A stretch of 38,260 nucleotides of DNA from Octopus bimaculoides (GCF_001194135.2 NC_068999.1:51399038-51437297), one strand, 5' to 3'. Numbered from the stretch's first letter, positions 22,432-36,437 are shown. Notes: generated from the letters alone by a model not told the origin. A program made the numbers and translations.

Positions 22432-24521
22432 TATATACACACACATATATATTACCAAATACATATATGTGTGTGCGTGTGTATTTTTAGTTACACCACA
22501 TAACGTTCACCATACGTTTAAAATTACATATGTGTATATGTATATATGTCAAAGTAGCAACATTTTCAGAGCTTTTGTGTTTTTTGTTTTGTTTTTTGTT
22601 TGTTTTTTGTTTTTGTTTTTTGGGGTTTTTTTGCTAACCGTTGTACCTTACATAAAAACATCGTAATTTTTTGATGGCAAGAAACATTTTTTTTCCTTGT
22701 TTTCCTTCAATTTTACGCCCTTGATCCTTGGTTTACAGCCAATAAAATACCTATATAGATTCAGACGTAAAGAGGCCAGAGCGGCTTAAGACACAAAACA
22801 AAGAACGAGAAGAATAAAAAAAACAATGACAGATAGAAATGGTGAAGTAGAAACTTAGAAAGATGCGAAAGAATAAATATAAAAGAAAGAAAAACAAAAC
22901 GAGATCGCTAAAAGCTATATGTATGTAAGTATGGCTGTCAATAGATAAAACTAATTGAATAATAAAAAAATTATCAGGAAACATCCCAACGAACAAATGT
23001 CCCTAGATATTGTTTTACGTTTGACCTTTATGCTAATCAGATTTTCTGTCGGTTTTCCCGACGGTATAATTGTAGAATGGAGCTCGTAAATGTAGCGTTT
23101 CTTTGGGCGGTTGGTCAAGAAGCACAGAATGAAGCCAAAATTAATGGTAATTTGTGTTTTGGGTTGTTTGTAGTTTTGTATGCGTGTGTATGTGATGTTT
23201 GTTCATGTGTGTGTGTGTGTTTGTGTGTGGAATGGAGGGTGAGTAGCGTTAGCTCGATAGGTAGAGCAGATGTCAAGATATAATCGAATGCAAACAGTAG
23301 CTAACAATATAGTTAACTCGTTACGGTTTTCAAACTGATTGACATTCGCCCCTTCTTGTTCAAGAAGTTTCACGTGGCGTATAAATTCTCATTAAATAAT
23401 TGCTTATGAATAAATATACATGCATCATTATCCTCATCATCATTATCATTATTATTTTTATTTTTATTATTATTATTATTGTTGTTGTTGAACGTGAAAC
23501 TCAGAGTAACAGTCTTTTGTTATATTTCTGCTGCTTTTAAATAAAGTATATATATATANNNNNNNNNNNNNNNNNNNNNNNNNNNNNNNNNNNNNNNNNN
23601 NNNNNNNNNNNNNNNNNNNNNNNNNNNNNNNNNNNNNNNNNNNNNNNNNNNNNNNNNNNNNNNNNNNNNNNNNNNNNNNNNNNNNNNNNNNNNNNNNNNN
23701 NNNNNNNNNNNNNNNNNNNNNNNNNNNNNNNNNNNNNNNNNNNNNNNNNNNNNNNNNNNNNNNNNNNNNNNNNNNNNNNNNNNNNNNNNNNNNNNNNNNN
23801 NNNNNNNNNNNNNNNNNNNNNNNNNNNNNNNNNNNNNNNNNNNNNNNNNNNNNNNNNNNNNNNNNNNNNNNNNNNNNNNNNNNNNNNNNNNNNNNNNNNN
23901 NNNNNNNNNNNNNNNNNNNNNNNNNNNNNNNNNNNNNNNNNNNNNNNNNNNNNNNNNNNNNNNNNNNNNNNNNNNNNNNNNNNNNNNNNNNNNNNNNNNN
24001 NNNNNNNNNNNNNNNNNNNNNNNNNNNNNNNNNNNNNNNNNNNNNNNNNNNNNNNNNNNNNNNNNNNNNNNNNNNNNNNNNNNNNNNNNNNNNNNNNNNN
24101 NNNNNNNNNNNNNNNNNNNNNNNNNNNNNNNNATATATATATAAATTGTATGTATGTGTGTATGTATGTATAAACACACACACACACATATGTTCTTGTA
24201 CGAGTTCGTCCTATATGTCTTTTGTTTTAATTGTTAACACAAAAAGTGTATATGTTTAGTTATGACTGAATGTGAGTTTTTTTCCCTCAGCTTGCGTGTG
24301 TATGCATGCATATATCTATGTGTGTTCGTATATATGCATGCATGTGTGTATGTATGCTTGTACATACTTATGTATATATATTTGTTCTTATGTGTGTATT
24401 GATGAATCCTTATACGTGTGTAAATGTGCCCATAAGCGTATATTTATATATATTTTTTTTTCAAGACCGCCATATTCGTGAAGCCATTATATGCTAACAT
24501 TATCATGATGAGGAAGGTGAT

Positions 24522-24561
<40 letters not shown>

Positions 24562-25307
24562 GATGATGATGATGATGATGATGATGCTACTGCTGTTGCT
24601 TCCATTTCTATAGTCTGATAGTTCTTAATGATGGTTGCCCTCCTCGGAAAATTCTTCCTTAAATTCAAGTTTATTTACATTTTTTTATTGTATCCAATTT
24701 AGTTACTTTTGTTCGTTGCAAATTTTTTTCTTTCGTTGTAGTTAACATATAAACGCTTTTTGTCGTACTTCCTATGCCCACATCTTCAAAATACACTTCC
24801 GAACAAAAGAACCAGAAATTAAATATTGATTCATACAAAATGTATTGTGTTTTCAGAAAGAAATTAGTTATATTTCCGTTTTATGCTCCCCTATTTCATT
24901 ATTTTCTTTATATCATAAGTATACATACATATAAGCACAGTAAAAGGACATAACGGTTTACATACAAAAATGCATACATGCAGATATACACGCACAAAAC
25001 ACACACACACATATATATAGGTAGATACATAAATATACATATATACACACACAAATACATACATACCTATATATANNNNNNNNNNNNNNNNNNNNNNNNN
25101 NNNNNNNNNNNNNNNNNNNNNNNNNNNNNNNNNNNNNNNNNNNNNNNNNNNNNNNNNNNNNNNNNNNNNNNNNNNNNNNNNNNNNNNNNNNNNNNNNNNN
25201 NNNNNNNNNNNNNNNNNNNNNNNNNNNNNNNNNNNNNNNNNNNNNNNNNNNNNNNNNNNNNNNNNNNNNNNNNNNNNNNNNNNNNNNNNNNNNNNNNNNN
25301 NNNNNNN

Positions 25308-25338
<31 letters not shown>

Positions 25339-25552
25339 GCATGTATATATATAATATATGATGCATATGTATGTATCCATATATTCATATTCATATTTGT
25401 GTACATCAAAAGTCTATGTAAATATACATCTTCCACAAAACATACATTAAACTAACCTCAAGCTACACTCAGACAAACCCACTCATATATACACCTATGT
25501 GCATGCATATATATATACAAATGTGTATATGTACGTCTATATATATATATAC

Positions 25553-25583
<31 letters not shown>

Positions 25584-25720
25584 CATATATATATATGTAC
25601 ATATAAAAAACATATATACATATATGTATATATAATATATACGTATGTATGTGTAGTTATTTCTTATAACTTACTGTTTTGGCTGTAAAAACTTAAGCAC
25701 ATTCATACATAGATATATAG

Positions 25721-25754
<34 letters not shown>

Positions 25755-25972
25755 ACATGTATGTATATATATACAAGGATGCAAAGAACAAAAATACGGA
25801 AATCATTTTTTTTTTTTTTTAACAGAGCAATTCTGGTTTCTGAATAGAATAATCGAAGTAAACTGATTCTTCAAGTCTTTTAACAAGTTATTGTTTGGTT
25901 TCCTCACTATAATAAAGAATACTTTAAATTCTTTTGCAACATTTCCCAAATCTTCGACTTTTAAAACCTTAC

Positions 25973-26015
25973 AGCTTCGCTTTTTACGCCTAGCCTCGGG
26001 TGAGGATGTATTAAA
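25973..26015 (-). CDS. Candidate micro-exon (speculative)
   Basis: TTTTTAATAAG| FNTSSPEARRKKRS |GTAAGG; 43 nt; two frames open. Confidence 0.12.
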
Positions 26016-26094
26016 CTTATTAAAAATGATAAATGATGGTGAATGTTTTGCATGTGGGTGTCTGTATTCGTCTTAATATGTGTGGTATGCATAT

Positions 26095-26170
26095 CTACAG
26101 GGCGTCACCCCAAAAATGCATACACACTTTAGTCGTTGATAACTCAATTAATTTTCATTCAAGTTTAGGT
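26095..26170 (+). mobile_element. Possible Tc1/mariner terminal inverted repeat fragment
   Basis: TA-CAGGGCGTCACCCCAAAAATGCATACACACTTTA resembles TACAGGGTGTCCCAAAA-type ends; no partner TIR found. Confidence 0.4.
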
Positions 26171-26189
26171 TTAAGTCATTAGAAATAAT

Positions 26190-26383
26190 ATTTTCTACTA
26201 AACGCACTAGACCTGAAATTTGAGGGGAGCCAAGTACTCAACTACTACTTAATTTATCGGCTCCGAAAAGATGAATGGCAAAGTTCACTGCGGTGGGATT
26301 TGAACTCAGAACTTAGCGCCGGGTAAAATATCGCTAAGTATTTCGCCTGGTGTGCTAACGATTCTGCCAGCTCGTGGCCTTAA
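26190..26383 (-). mobile_element. SINE family B, full length, with target-site duplication
   Basis: CCGAAAAGATGAATGGCAAAGTTCAC...GGATTTGAACTCAG...GCTAACGATTCTGCCAGCTCGTGGCCTTA, flanked by TCATTAGAAATAAT at 26176 and 26384. Confidence 0.9.
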
Positions 26384-26397
26384 TCATTAGAAATAAT

Positions 26398-26545
26398 CGT
26401 TTCTGCTAAAGGCACAAGGCTTGAAATTTTAAGGGAGGGATCTAGTCGATTACATCGATCCCAGTGTGTAACTAGTACTTATTTCATCGACCCCGAAAGG
26501 ATTAAAGGCAAAGTCGACCTCGCTGCATTTGAACTCAGGACGGAG
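26398..26545 (-). mobile_element. SINE family B, 5'-truncated copy
   Basis: AAAGGCACAAGGCTTGAAATT...CATCGACCCCGAAAGGATTAAAGGCAAAGTCGACCTCG...TTTGAACTCAG. Confidence 0.9.
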
Positions 26546-27397
26546 ATCCGTGAAGGTAGAGTCCAAAAGAGTTTTTTCACAGTTAACTCCCTTTAGCTAT
26601 AATTCACATAAATAAAAAAAAATTATTTTTTCAATTAGAAAGTTATTTTAGAAGTATTCATAACATAACAGATTCCTTTCTGTACATATTTATTCCTATT
26701 ATCCCACTTAGTATTTAAAGCAACTTGGACAATTTTTTCTGGAATTTTCCTTGAATTTTTCTTAAATTTATTTTGTATTTTATTGATTTGTTGTAACGGA
26801 CCCAATAGAATGCTATTGGTTTTAAATATTAGCTGACCAAATACTTCTGATAGAGGTATTATGATGACAAACTTTTGTTAGAAAATAATAACATCACACT
26901 TAATTTACACCCAAATTATTTATTCATTGATATAATTAGGTAATGATTGCCCAATCCTGATTACCTTAACTAAATTTTATTACTATTCTGTTGCATAGTT
27001 TTTAGTCTGTAACTCATGACCCCTGTTATAAGGATCATCCCATCTATCCCACCCTATAACGTTTATCTTTAATATCTCCTCCATCAAATTGCAATAAGAT
27101 GTGATCTCACAACTTCTGAATGTAGCCTTGGACTTTTTTATTTTTTTAACTTGTATCCTCACCATTATGGACTTAGTGACTGTCTGATGAAGCTTTGGAG
27201 TTCAATTTTTGTATGATATGAACAAGCAAGAAAAAACACGAAAAAATAACAACGCGAGGACGTGGAATACGTACAGTGTTATTGGACGCTCAGGAAAGGA
27301 GAGAAAAGAAAGAGGATTCCACGTTTCGAGCGGAGCTCTTCATCAGAAATATAGAAAAAGTCCAAAGAAGGGAAGACGGAAATAGAAAATCGCCAAC

Positions 27398-28105
27398 GAA
27401 GAAGAAGAAGAAGAAGAAGAAGAAGAAGAAGAAGAAGAAGAAGAAGAAGAAGAAGAAGAAGAAGAAGAAGAAGAAGAAGAAGAAGAAGAAGAAGAAGAAG
27501 ANNNNNNNNNNNNNNNNNNNNNNNNNNNNNNNNNNNNNNNNNNNNNNNNNNNNNNNNNNNNNNNNNNNNNNNNNNNNNNNNNNNNNNNNNNNNNNNNNNN
27601 NNNNNNNNNNNNNNNNNNNNNNNNNNNNNNNNNNNNNNNNNNNNNNNNNNNNNNNNNNNNNNNNNNNNNNNNNNNNNNNNNNNNNNNNNNNNNNNNNNNN
27701 NNNNNNNNNNNNNNNNNNNNNNNNNNNNNNNNNNNNNNNNNNNNNNNNNNNNNNNNNNNNNNNNNNNNNNNNNNNNNNNNNNNNNNNNNNNNNNNNNNNN
27801 NNNNNNNNNNNNNNNNNNNNNNNNNNNNNNNNNNNNNNNNNNNNNNNNNNNNNNNNNNNNNNNNNNNNNNNNNNNNNNNNNNNNNNNNNNNNNNNNNNNN
27901 NNNNNNNNNNNNNNNNNNNNNNNNNNNNNNNNNNNNNNNNNNNNNNNNNNNNNNNNNNNNNNNNNNNNNNNNNNNNNNNNNNNNNNNNNNNNNNNNNNNN
28001 NNNNNNNNNNNNNNNNNNNNNNNNNNNNNNNNNNNNNNNNNNNTGGTGGTAGTGGCAGTAGTGGTCGTCGTCGTCGACGTCGCGATCGTAGTGCTCAAAG
28101 TGGTT

Positions 28106-28159
<54 letters not shown>

Positions 28160-28240
28160 ATACTAGTAGTAGTAGATGAAGAAGAAGAAGAAGAAGAAGA
28201 AGGAGAAGAAAAAGAAGAAGAAGAAGAAGAAGAAGAAGAA
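27398..28240. repeat. Compound trinucleotide region (GAA)n - gap - (GTG/GTC)(GTA)n(GAA)n
   Basis: Read directly; the central ~540 nt is N. Confidence 0.95.
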
Positions 28241-29610
28241 GGTATGAGGAAGCGGAGAATATATATATGGGTGTGTGTATATATATTTGTGTGTATGTAT
28301 GTATATATGTATGTAAGTATGTATGTATGTATGTATGTATGCATGTATGTATGCATGTAAGTATGTATGTATGTATGTATGTACGTATTGAGTAGTAATT
28401 GGGAAAATAATTGAACTTATGGAAATTTGGTACAACAGACATATTTTCGAGATAAACCGTTTGATTCGACAATATAAACTGTGATTATATCAATATTCCA
28501 CAAGAATGCACCGCAATAATTTCACTGAACGATGCAGAGAACCAGATGCCTTTTTCCCTGTTGTTTCTTTCGCTCTTTACTTTTCTGTCCAAAATAACTA
28601 AATGTCGATTGGCAGTTGGATTTAGTAGTAATATCGATCGTAACATTTCAAATTAATACGTCGACAATTGCTGTGAAAATCCCCCTGATGCAAAGGAAAA
28701 TTTTCTATGACCAAGTAAATACGTTAGAAATTATGACTGAGTGACTGAAAGGCTGCTTCGTAAGAGATTAACCGAATTGCATCCCACTGTTGTCTCTTTT
28801 TAATTTTTCTCTTCTTTTTCTCTCTTATATATGTAATGCAGTATTAATACTAAACAGAGGCAACAAATCACCGAATATATGTATATGTCTCACTCTCTCT
28901 ATATATATAGAAGGTTGCATATATATATATATANNNNNNNNNNNNNNNNNNNNNNNNNNNNNNNNNNNNNNNNNNNNNNNNNNNNNNNNNNNNNNNNNNN
29001 NNNNNNNNNNNNNNNNNNNNNNNNNNNNNNNNNNNNNNNNNNNNNNNNNNNNNNNNNNNNNNNNNNNNNNNNNNNNNNNNNNNNNNNNNNNNNNNNNNNN
29101 NNNNNNNNNNNNNNNNNNNNNNNNNNNNNNNNNNNNNNNNNNNNNNNNNNNNNNNNNNNNNNNNNNNNNNNNNNNNNNNNNNNNNNNNNNNNNNNNNNNN
29201 NNNNNNNNNNNNNNNNNNNNNNNNNNNNNNNNNNNNNNNNNNNNNNNNNNNNNNNNNNNNNNNNNNNNNNNNNNNNNNNNNNNNNNNNNNNNNNNNNNNN
29301 NNNNNNNNNNNNNNNNNNNNNNNNNNNNNNNNNNNNNNNNNNNNNNNNNNNNNNNNNNNNNNNNNNNNNNNNNNNNNNNNNNNNNNNTATATATATGTAT
29401 ATATATGTAGGATGTATTCATGCAATTTTTCACGGTACGATATCCAAGGCATTTCTACCCCGTGGTGGAATGATAAATGCTATGAATAAATTATGTAACT
29501 TTGCATTGTACGGATGCATTTTGCGGTTAATTTAGCATGATCTTCCTAGCTTTACTTCGATTTTTATTTTGATTGTGTTTTTTTTTTCTTGATAACTGCG
29601 AGCACAGGGA

Positions 29611-29646
<36 letters not shown>

Positions 29647-31510
29647 TTTGGGGAAATTTTTTTGCAAAAAATACTTGATACAATAACAATATTTAACGGA
29701 AGATTTCTTTAAGACTATATTTGAAAAATGGAAAATTACTATTTGTAAATCTTTGAAAGAGAGACATTCACTACCAGTACTCTAGAGTAAAGATTATTTG
29801 CAAAAAAAAATAATAAAACTGTAGCATTCGTCCTAACCAGGACTGCCACGTTATGTTGGCAAATAGTTTTTACTCTATAGTTAAAAAATTCTGAGAAAAA
29901 CAACATTAACGTTTTAGAAGGTGCTTCAGCATAGCCGCAATCAAATGACTGACACAAAAGAACGAAAACATTTTTGATGATTCAAGCCGACACTCTTCGA
30001 CAGAAAGGGTTGAGTGGAAAAAATGGAGCGACAAAAATGTGTAGAGATCAACGGTTCGTGTTAAAATACATACTTATATATACATACATACATACATACA
30101 TATANNNNNNNNNNNNNNNNNNNNNNNNNNNNNNNNNNNNNNNNNNNNNNNNNNNNNNNNNNNNNNNNNNNNNNNNNNNNNNNNNNNNNNNNNNNNNNNN
30201 NNNNNNNNNNNNNNNNNNNNNNNNNNNNNNNNNNNNNNNNNNNNNNNNNNNNNNNNNNNNNNNNNNNNNNNNNNNNNNNNNNNNNNNNNNNNNNNNNNNN
30301 NNNNNNNNNNNNNNNNNNNNNNNNNNNNNNNNNNNNNNNNNNNNNNNNNNNNNNNNNNNNNNNNNNNNNNNNNNNNNNNNNNNNNNNNNNNNNNNNNNNN
30401 NNNNNNNNNNNNNNNNNNNNNNNNNNNNNNNNNNNNNNNNNNNNNNNNNNNNNNNNNNNNNNNNNNNNNNNNNNNNNNNNNNNNNNNNNNNNNNNNNNNN
30501 NNNNNNNNNNNNNNNNNNNNNNNNNNNNNNNNNNNNNNNNNNNNNNNNNNNNNNNNNNNNNNNNNNNNNNNNNNNNNNNNNNNNNNNNNNNNNNNNNNNN
30601 NNNNNNNNNNNNNNNNNNNNNNNNNNNNNNNNNNNNNNNNNNNNNNNNNNNNNNNNNNNNNNNNNNNNNNNNNNNNNNNNNNNNNNNNNNNNNNNNNNNN
30701 NNNNNNNNNNNNNNNNNNNNNNNNNNNNNNNNNNNNNNNNNNNNNNNNNNNNNNNNNNNNNNNNNNNNNNNNNNNNNNNNNNNNNNNNNNNNNNNNNNNN
30801 NNNNNNNNNNNNNNNNNNNNNNNNNNNACACTATCATCCCTTAAAGGATTATACGTCCTTGATACAATTATATATATAGATATGTGCGTGTGTGTGATTG
30901 TGCCCATTGATAGAGATTGAGAGGGGAGAATGAGAAAGAGGTCGTGTGCCTTTGTGACTAGTGTATAATTTATATATTACTATGCTATAAACAGTTAGAA
31001 AAACCATACAACTCTTTTAAATCAGTACTGTTTGTTGTGCGTCTCTCTACAACAAATTACTATATAGACATTTCTATTCAAATATTATATAAGATTAATA
31101 TTTTTCATTAAAAGTCATTACCCTCTGCATCGCTGCTGTTGAATGACATGAGATCTAAACATATTTTGCACTTATTTCATTATGTTCATTAAACCTTCTG
31201 CCAGTTTATATCAGACTGAATGAAATATAATTATCTTGCTAGAAAAGTCTCAAAGGAGTCACTTTAATTAGTCGTTAATCATTATTGCAGACATCATATA
31301 TTAATGCTTTCCAAATTTTACTTCTCCTTACATACAAACATATACATGTACACAAACACACTTACATACTCACACTCACACACATACACACACGCACCTA
31401 CCCACCCCACACACATCACACATCTATGTATGTATATATATATATGTATATGTATGTATGTATACATATATATATATACTCATTTATATATGTGTATACA
31501 TATATATATA

Positions 31511-31565
<55 letters not shown>

Positions 31566-31595
31566 NNNNNNNNNNACACACACATATAGATAGAT

Positions 31596-31606
31596 AGTTA
31601 GTTAGT

Positions 31607-31703
<97 letters not shown>

Positions 31704-31845
31704 TGATTGATTGATTGATTGATTGATAAATAGATAGATACGCAGACAGACAGACATGCAGACGGGCAGACAGGCAGACAGGCAGACAGGCAGACAGACA
31801 GACCGACAGATAAGTAGATTGATAGAGAGATAGATAGATATGAAT
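31596..31845. repeat. (AGAT)n/(GATT)n/(GGCAGACA)n compound tetranucleotide tract
   Basis: Read directly. Confidence 0.95.
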
Positions 31846-32031
31846 ATGCATGAAGAAGCCTGGAGAAAGCTGAAAGCAAATATGAATGTGTGTGCTCTCC
31901 ATATTTGTATTCTCCTAAAGACTTAGACGCATGCAGTTCATTATTCATTTACATGTACAATTAATCAAACAGTTGCCCACTTATGATTGAATTTATGGCG
32001 TGCATATATTAATAAATATATATCTACGTCT

Positions 32032-32077
<46 letters not shown>

Positions 32078-32078
32078 T

Positions 32079-32120
<42 letters not shown>

Positions 32121-32130
32121 GCTCGGTCGG

Positions 32131-32203
<73 letters not shown>

Positions 32204-32303
32204 GTATGTATGTATGTGTGTATATATATATATATTCAAATCCAGCCCTTATCGAATGTGACATTCTCCTCTGCAATCGATAAAAATAAGAGCCAGGACT
32301 TAC

Positions 32304-32350
32304 GAAGGAATATTTCCAATCGATTACCGGGTTTCGATCTTCTGATTCAT
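32304..32350 (-). CDS. Candidate micro-exon
   Basis: Branch-like GCTAAC + CTTTCAAAG| 47 nt |GTAAGT (consensus donor); the single open frame is (D)[15 protein letters not shown]. Confidence 0.3.
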
Positions 32351-32919
32351 CTTTGAAAGGTTAGCAAGTTAAGTTATTAGAGGAATATCTCCGAAACAAA
32401 AAGTGCGGAATCATCCAAATACAAAGACCGATGGAGATTTAGATGTACAGAATGGGGAAGAAAGCAGCGTTATCCAAAATGGTGGTTACAACGGGAAACA
32501 GTTCCCATAAAAATAACTGACTTGTGAATGTTCAAGAAAAAAATAATATTAATACAACATTAATGTATAACAAAGAACAACAAAATATTGACACATACAT
32601 AAAAGATAACACACACACATTCATATATTTATTGCCACTCTAACGTGGCTGTTCTCTAGGAACCGACGATACTGCTATTTTAATTCCAGAAAGACATATC
32701 CAACTGGTTGTTCAGTGCACTTACGCACTCGATATTCAATGCAAGTGAGAGACAACTTCTGCCACTCGAGATCAGAGACCACCAGATCACGTAATTTCGA
32801 TCTTATTGGATCACTTCAGTGGTGGGCATGCGTTTGCCAGGTATGGCATTAGTCTCGACTCGCCTACAATATATAGAAAATATTATCATACATTCACTAA
32901 TCTGATAACTAAGAAACCA

Positions 32920-33210
32920 GTCCATTAGAAAATCTCACACACAGGTATATAGCGAATCAACTCTCTTTTGAGAGACTCACCGAACGGACAAGTATGAAAA
33001 GATCCTCGTTTATTTAGCTGTCTGTGTATCTGCCCTCATGTCCAGGCTTGAGCGCTGGTGCCACACCAGACTACTGGAAGCGTTCCGTATCAGATCACTC
33101 CAAAGAATCCTCAGTCTCACGCAGTAGGACAAAGTAGCTCATACCGAAATCCTCCTCAGGGCTGATATCTACAGTATTAAGGCTTGCATCATTGGTCGTC
33201 TTCTCCGTCT
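32920..33210 (+). pseudogene. Decayed RTE-clade LINE fragment (region C-terminal to the RT core)
   Basis: THRYIANQLSFERL / KILVYLAVCVSALMSRLERWCHTRLLEAFRIRSLQRILSLTQ*DKVAHTEILLRADIYSIKACIIGRLLR follows the RTE pattern KxLVYxAVxxSxLLYGxExW..LExFHxRxLxRILxxxWxDxVxxTEIL..QLRW. Confidence 0.85.
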
Positions 33211-33232
33211 TATATCTATCTATCTCTCTCTC

Positions 33233-33266
<34 letters not shown>

Positions 33267-34287
33267 TATACGCCTTCATATATGCATATATGAATGTGTA
33301 TGTGTTGTATTGTATGTATGTATATATATATATATATATATATTATATTATATTATATTATATTATTTTTGCATTTGTTCTTTATACTGTTTATGTTTGA
33401 ATTTGATTTGCTTATTGATTTGCTTATTGATTTTGTTCCTTATTTGTGGTATTAGAAATAGCGATAAGTGTTCTGCTATATTTTTATCTACTTCTCTTCT
33501 ATCATAAAATCTTATTTCTTATTCGATATTTTTATTTTATTCTCGGATTATTATTTTTTTTTTTTTTATCGTGCTCAAGTATTTTTATTGTTGCTTTTCT
33601 TGCAGTGGTGTTGTCATCGTTTTTGTTTTCGTTATATTTCTTTCAATTACACTGAAATCGTAATCTTCTCTGAAGTCCAAAAGAAAAGAGAAAAACATGT
33701 AGCTCTCTATCCTTTCACCTCAATTATACTATAAAATTAGAGTTTTTCAACTGTCTGTATTTTCTCTCCAGTGGCATTATTACGATTGTATATGTTCGAA
33801 GGAAGCATATATATATATATATATATAAATATATATATATAAATATATATATATGTCAGTATTTATATATAAGTTTGTGCGTGTGTGTGAGAGAGAGAGT
33901 GTATGTCTCTCCGTGTGTGTAAGAGTGTGAGTCTGCGTATGTATGTAAATGTGTGTATATATATATGTGTGTATGTGTGTGTATACGATATATATATATA
34001 TATACATGTATATGTGTATATGCACACACGTGTGTGTGTATGTTTATTTTGTTGATCTTATTATTGTATTATGGACATCATACACATACAATCTCAAATA
34101 CATCTATGTACATGTGTATATAGCGTGCCTGTGCATATTTATATGTATATATATATATATAGATGTATATGAGCATCCATATATATTTTTAAGTGTGTAT
34201 AGGCACGCATAAACAAATAAACACACGCACATATATACACACACATATATATATATATACACATATATGTATACACATTGGAAATAT

Positions 34288-34407
<120 letters not shown>

Positions 34408-34689
34408 CTTACTTGGAAGAAAATGCGTGGCGTTCAATCATATAATAATATAAATAATATATATACCCATATATACATACGTATATGTACATACTTAGAT
34501 ATATACATATATACATATGCATATGTGGGCACAGGACATCACAGAACGTAAACAACAAAAAATACGAAAATATGGAATACGAACTACGAGTACATGGAAT
34601 ATAAACTTTTTTGCGAACAACGAAGGAAACAAATGGAAGCCAAGACACGCAACATAAAGAACGACCCTACATCAGTTGTCGGCTATTTT

Positions 34690-35085
34690 TCGCTCGAAAT
34701 ACAGATTTGACTGCGGCCGTACTGGAGCACCGCCTTCAGTCGAGCAAATCGACCCCAGGACTTATTCTTTGTAAACCTAGTACTTATTCTATCGGTCTCT
34801 CTTGCTGAACCGCTAAGTTACGGGGACGTAAACACTCCACCATCAGTTGTCAAGCGATGGTGGGGTGACAAACACAGACACAAATACATATACACACACA
34901 TACATATGTATATACATATATACGACGGACTTCCTTCAGTTTCGGTCTACCAAATTCACTCACAAGTCATTGGTCGGCCCGAGGTTACAATAGAAGACAC
35001 CTTCCCAAGGTGCCACACAGTGGGAATGAACCCGGAACCATGTGGTTCATAAGCAAACTACTTACCACACAGCCACTCCTGAATG
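34690..35085 (-). mobile_element. SINE family A, full length (~390 bp)
   Basis: Complete reverse complement: head CAGGAGTGGCTGTGTGGTAAGTAG..GGTTCCGGGTTCATTCCCACTGTGTGGCACCTTGGGAAGG, internal microsatellite and tail GGCGGTGCTCCAGTACGGCCGCAGTCAAAT. Confidence 0.95.
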
Positions 35086-35859
35086 TAGATGCATATATGT
35101 GTGCGTGTGTACGAATGCATGGATATATGCATGAGTATCTTTCGCTGTATGTACGTATTTTTCAGTGGCTACTTGTATCATATACATTCCAAGTGCACCT
35201 CTATAAATTCTTATCGTGTTCTTCTTTCCTTCTATTCTTCAATCCAAAATTCCTCATCAGGAAAAAAAGAAGAAAATGTTGATTTCGAATTTTAATTTGG
35301 TTTTAGTTTTCTTCCTTGTTCATTTCTGTTTTGTGTTTTGAAAACTTTCATGTTTTTTTCTTTTTCTTTTTTTTTTTCTTTTTTTTTCATGCCTCCGTCG
35401 GTTTGCACTACCCTATGTTTATACGTTTCGTTATCTATTAATATTTTTAGTGCTGCGGAAATTCGTTCCTAAAAAAATTCATGTAGATAATATAGAAGAT
35501 AAAAAAATTGAATTACTACAGCCTTTTTACTGTTTATCATTTTATTACATAAGACACACCTACAATCATATCCACATACACACATAAATACATGCACACA
35601 CACAAGTGTATATGTATGTATGTCTATATATATATATACGTTTGTGTATGTGTATGATTTTGCATATATATATATGCTGATCCCTTAATTATGTTTATAA
35701 ATGTATGGGAACTTTTAAATAAGTTCTCCACCAATAATGGTGCTTACATACCGAAGGGCTTGGTAAAAATTATTAATAAATTAATAAATTGATAAATCTT
35801 TACCCTTTTAATTTGTAATATATATATATATATATATACATACATAATATAGATAGATA

Positions 35860-35945
35860 GATTTGAACTCAGAAACGTAAAGTCGGAAGAAACGCAGTTA
35901 AGCTTTCTTCGGGCGTGCAAATAATTCTGCCAGCTCGTCGCGTTC
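35860..35945 (-). mobile_element. SINE family B, head fragment
   Basis: ATTTGAACTCAGAAACGTAAAG...ATTCTGCCAGCTCGTCGC. Confidence 0.7.
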
Positions 35946-36084
35946 AGTTAAATATATTAAACCAGAAAGATTACAAGTGCTTCTATGATAAAGTGTGTGC
36001 GAATCTTCACTGCAATCTGTGTCGAAAATATAATGTTGGGTATATTTTAGCATTCATATTTTCTTTTTACTTGTTCCAATCATT

Positions 36085-36437
36085 TTACTGTAGCCATGCT
36101 GGAGCACCTTTATGAGGGCTTAAGTCGAACAGACCGACTCCAGTATTTTTTATTTATTTATTTTAAATTTAGTTCTTATTCTATTGTACTATTTTGCCGA
36201 ACCGCTATGTTTCGGTGAGGTAAACAAACCAACAGCGGTTGTCAAGTGATGGTTGTAGGGTAACACAGACACAGACATACATATAGCTATACAATGGGAT
36301 TACATAGTTTCTGTCAACTAACAAAGAATCGGTTGTCCCAGGGCGATAGTATCAGACACTTGCCTAAGAAGCTGCGAAGTGGAAATGAACCCGAAACTAC
36401 TCGGGTCTAAAGTGAGCTTCTAAACAAAACCATACCT
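36085..36437 (-). mobile_element. SINE family A, old degenerate full-length copy
   Basis: GCCATGCTGGAGCACC...TTTGCCGAACCGCTA...GTTGTCAAGTGATGG...GACACTTGCCTAAG...GAACCCG. Confidence 0.8.

Noticed and set aside
23041-23146. Plus-strand exon-like segment (IFCRFSRRYNCRMELVNVAFLWAVGQEAQNEAKING), and similar ones near 24466 and 28613
   Set aside because: AG/GT-bounded short open frames arise often by chance in AT-rich DNA; there is no homology and no consistent chain.
25780-26075. Stop-free minus-strand frame of ~90 codons overlapping a 61 aa plus-strand ORF
   Set aside because: No start codon, no recognisable motif, and it runs into simple repeats.
27276-28472. Long ORFs of 258-337 aa (poly-K, poly-S/T, poly-V/E)
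   Set aside because: They are translations of (GAA)n, (GTA)n and an N-run, with no complex coding sequence.
32380-32510. Plus-strand open frame ending ..NGEESSVIQNGGYNGKQFP*
   Set aside because: It has a weak acceptor, no homology, and conflicts with the adjacent minus-strand candidate.
32650-32900. Possible upstream RT core (TDDTA resembling YADD) extending the RTE fragment
   Set aside because: The similarity is too weak by eye; the RTE call was limited to 32920-33210.
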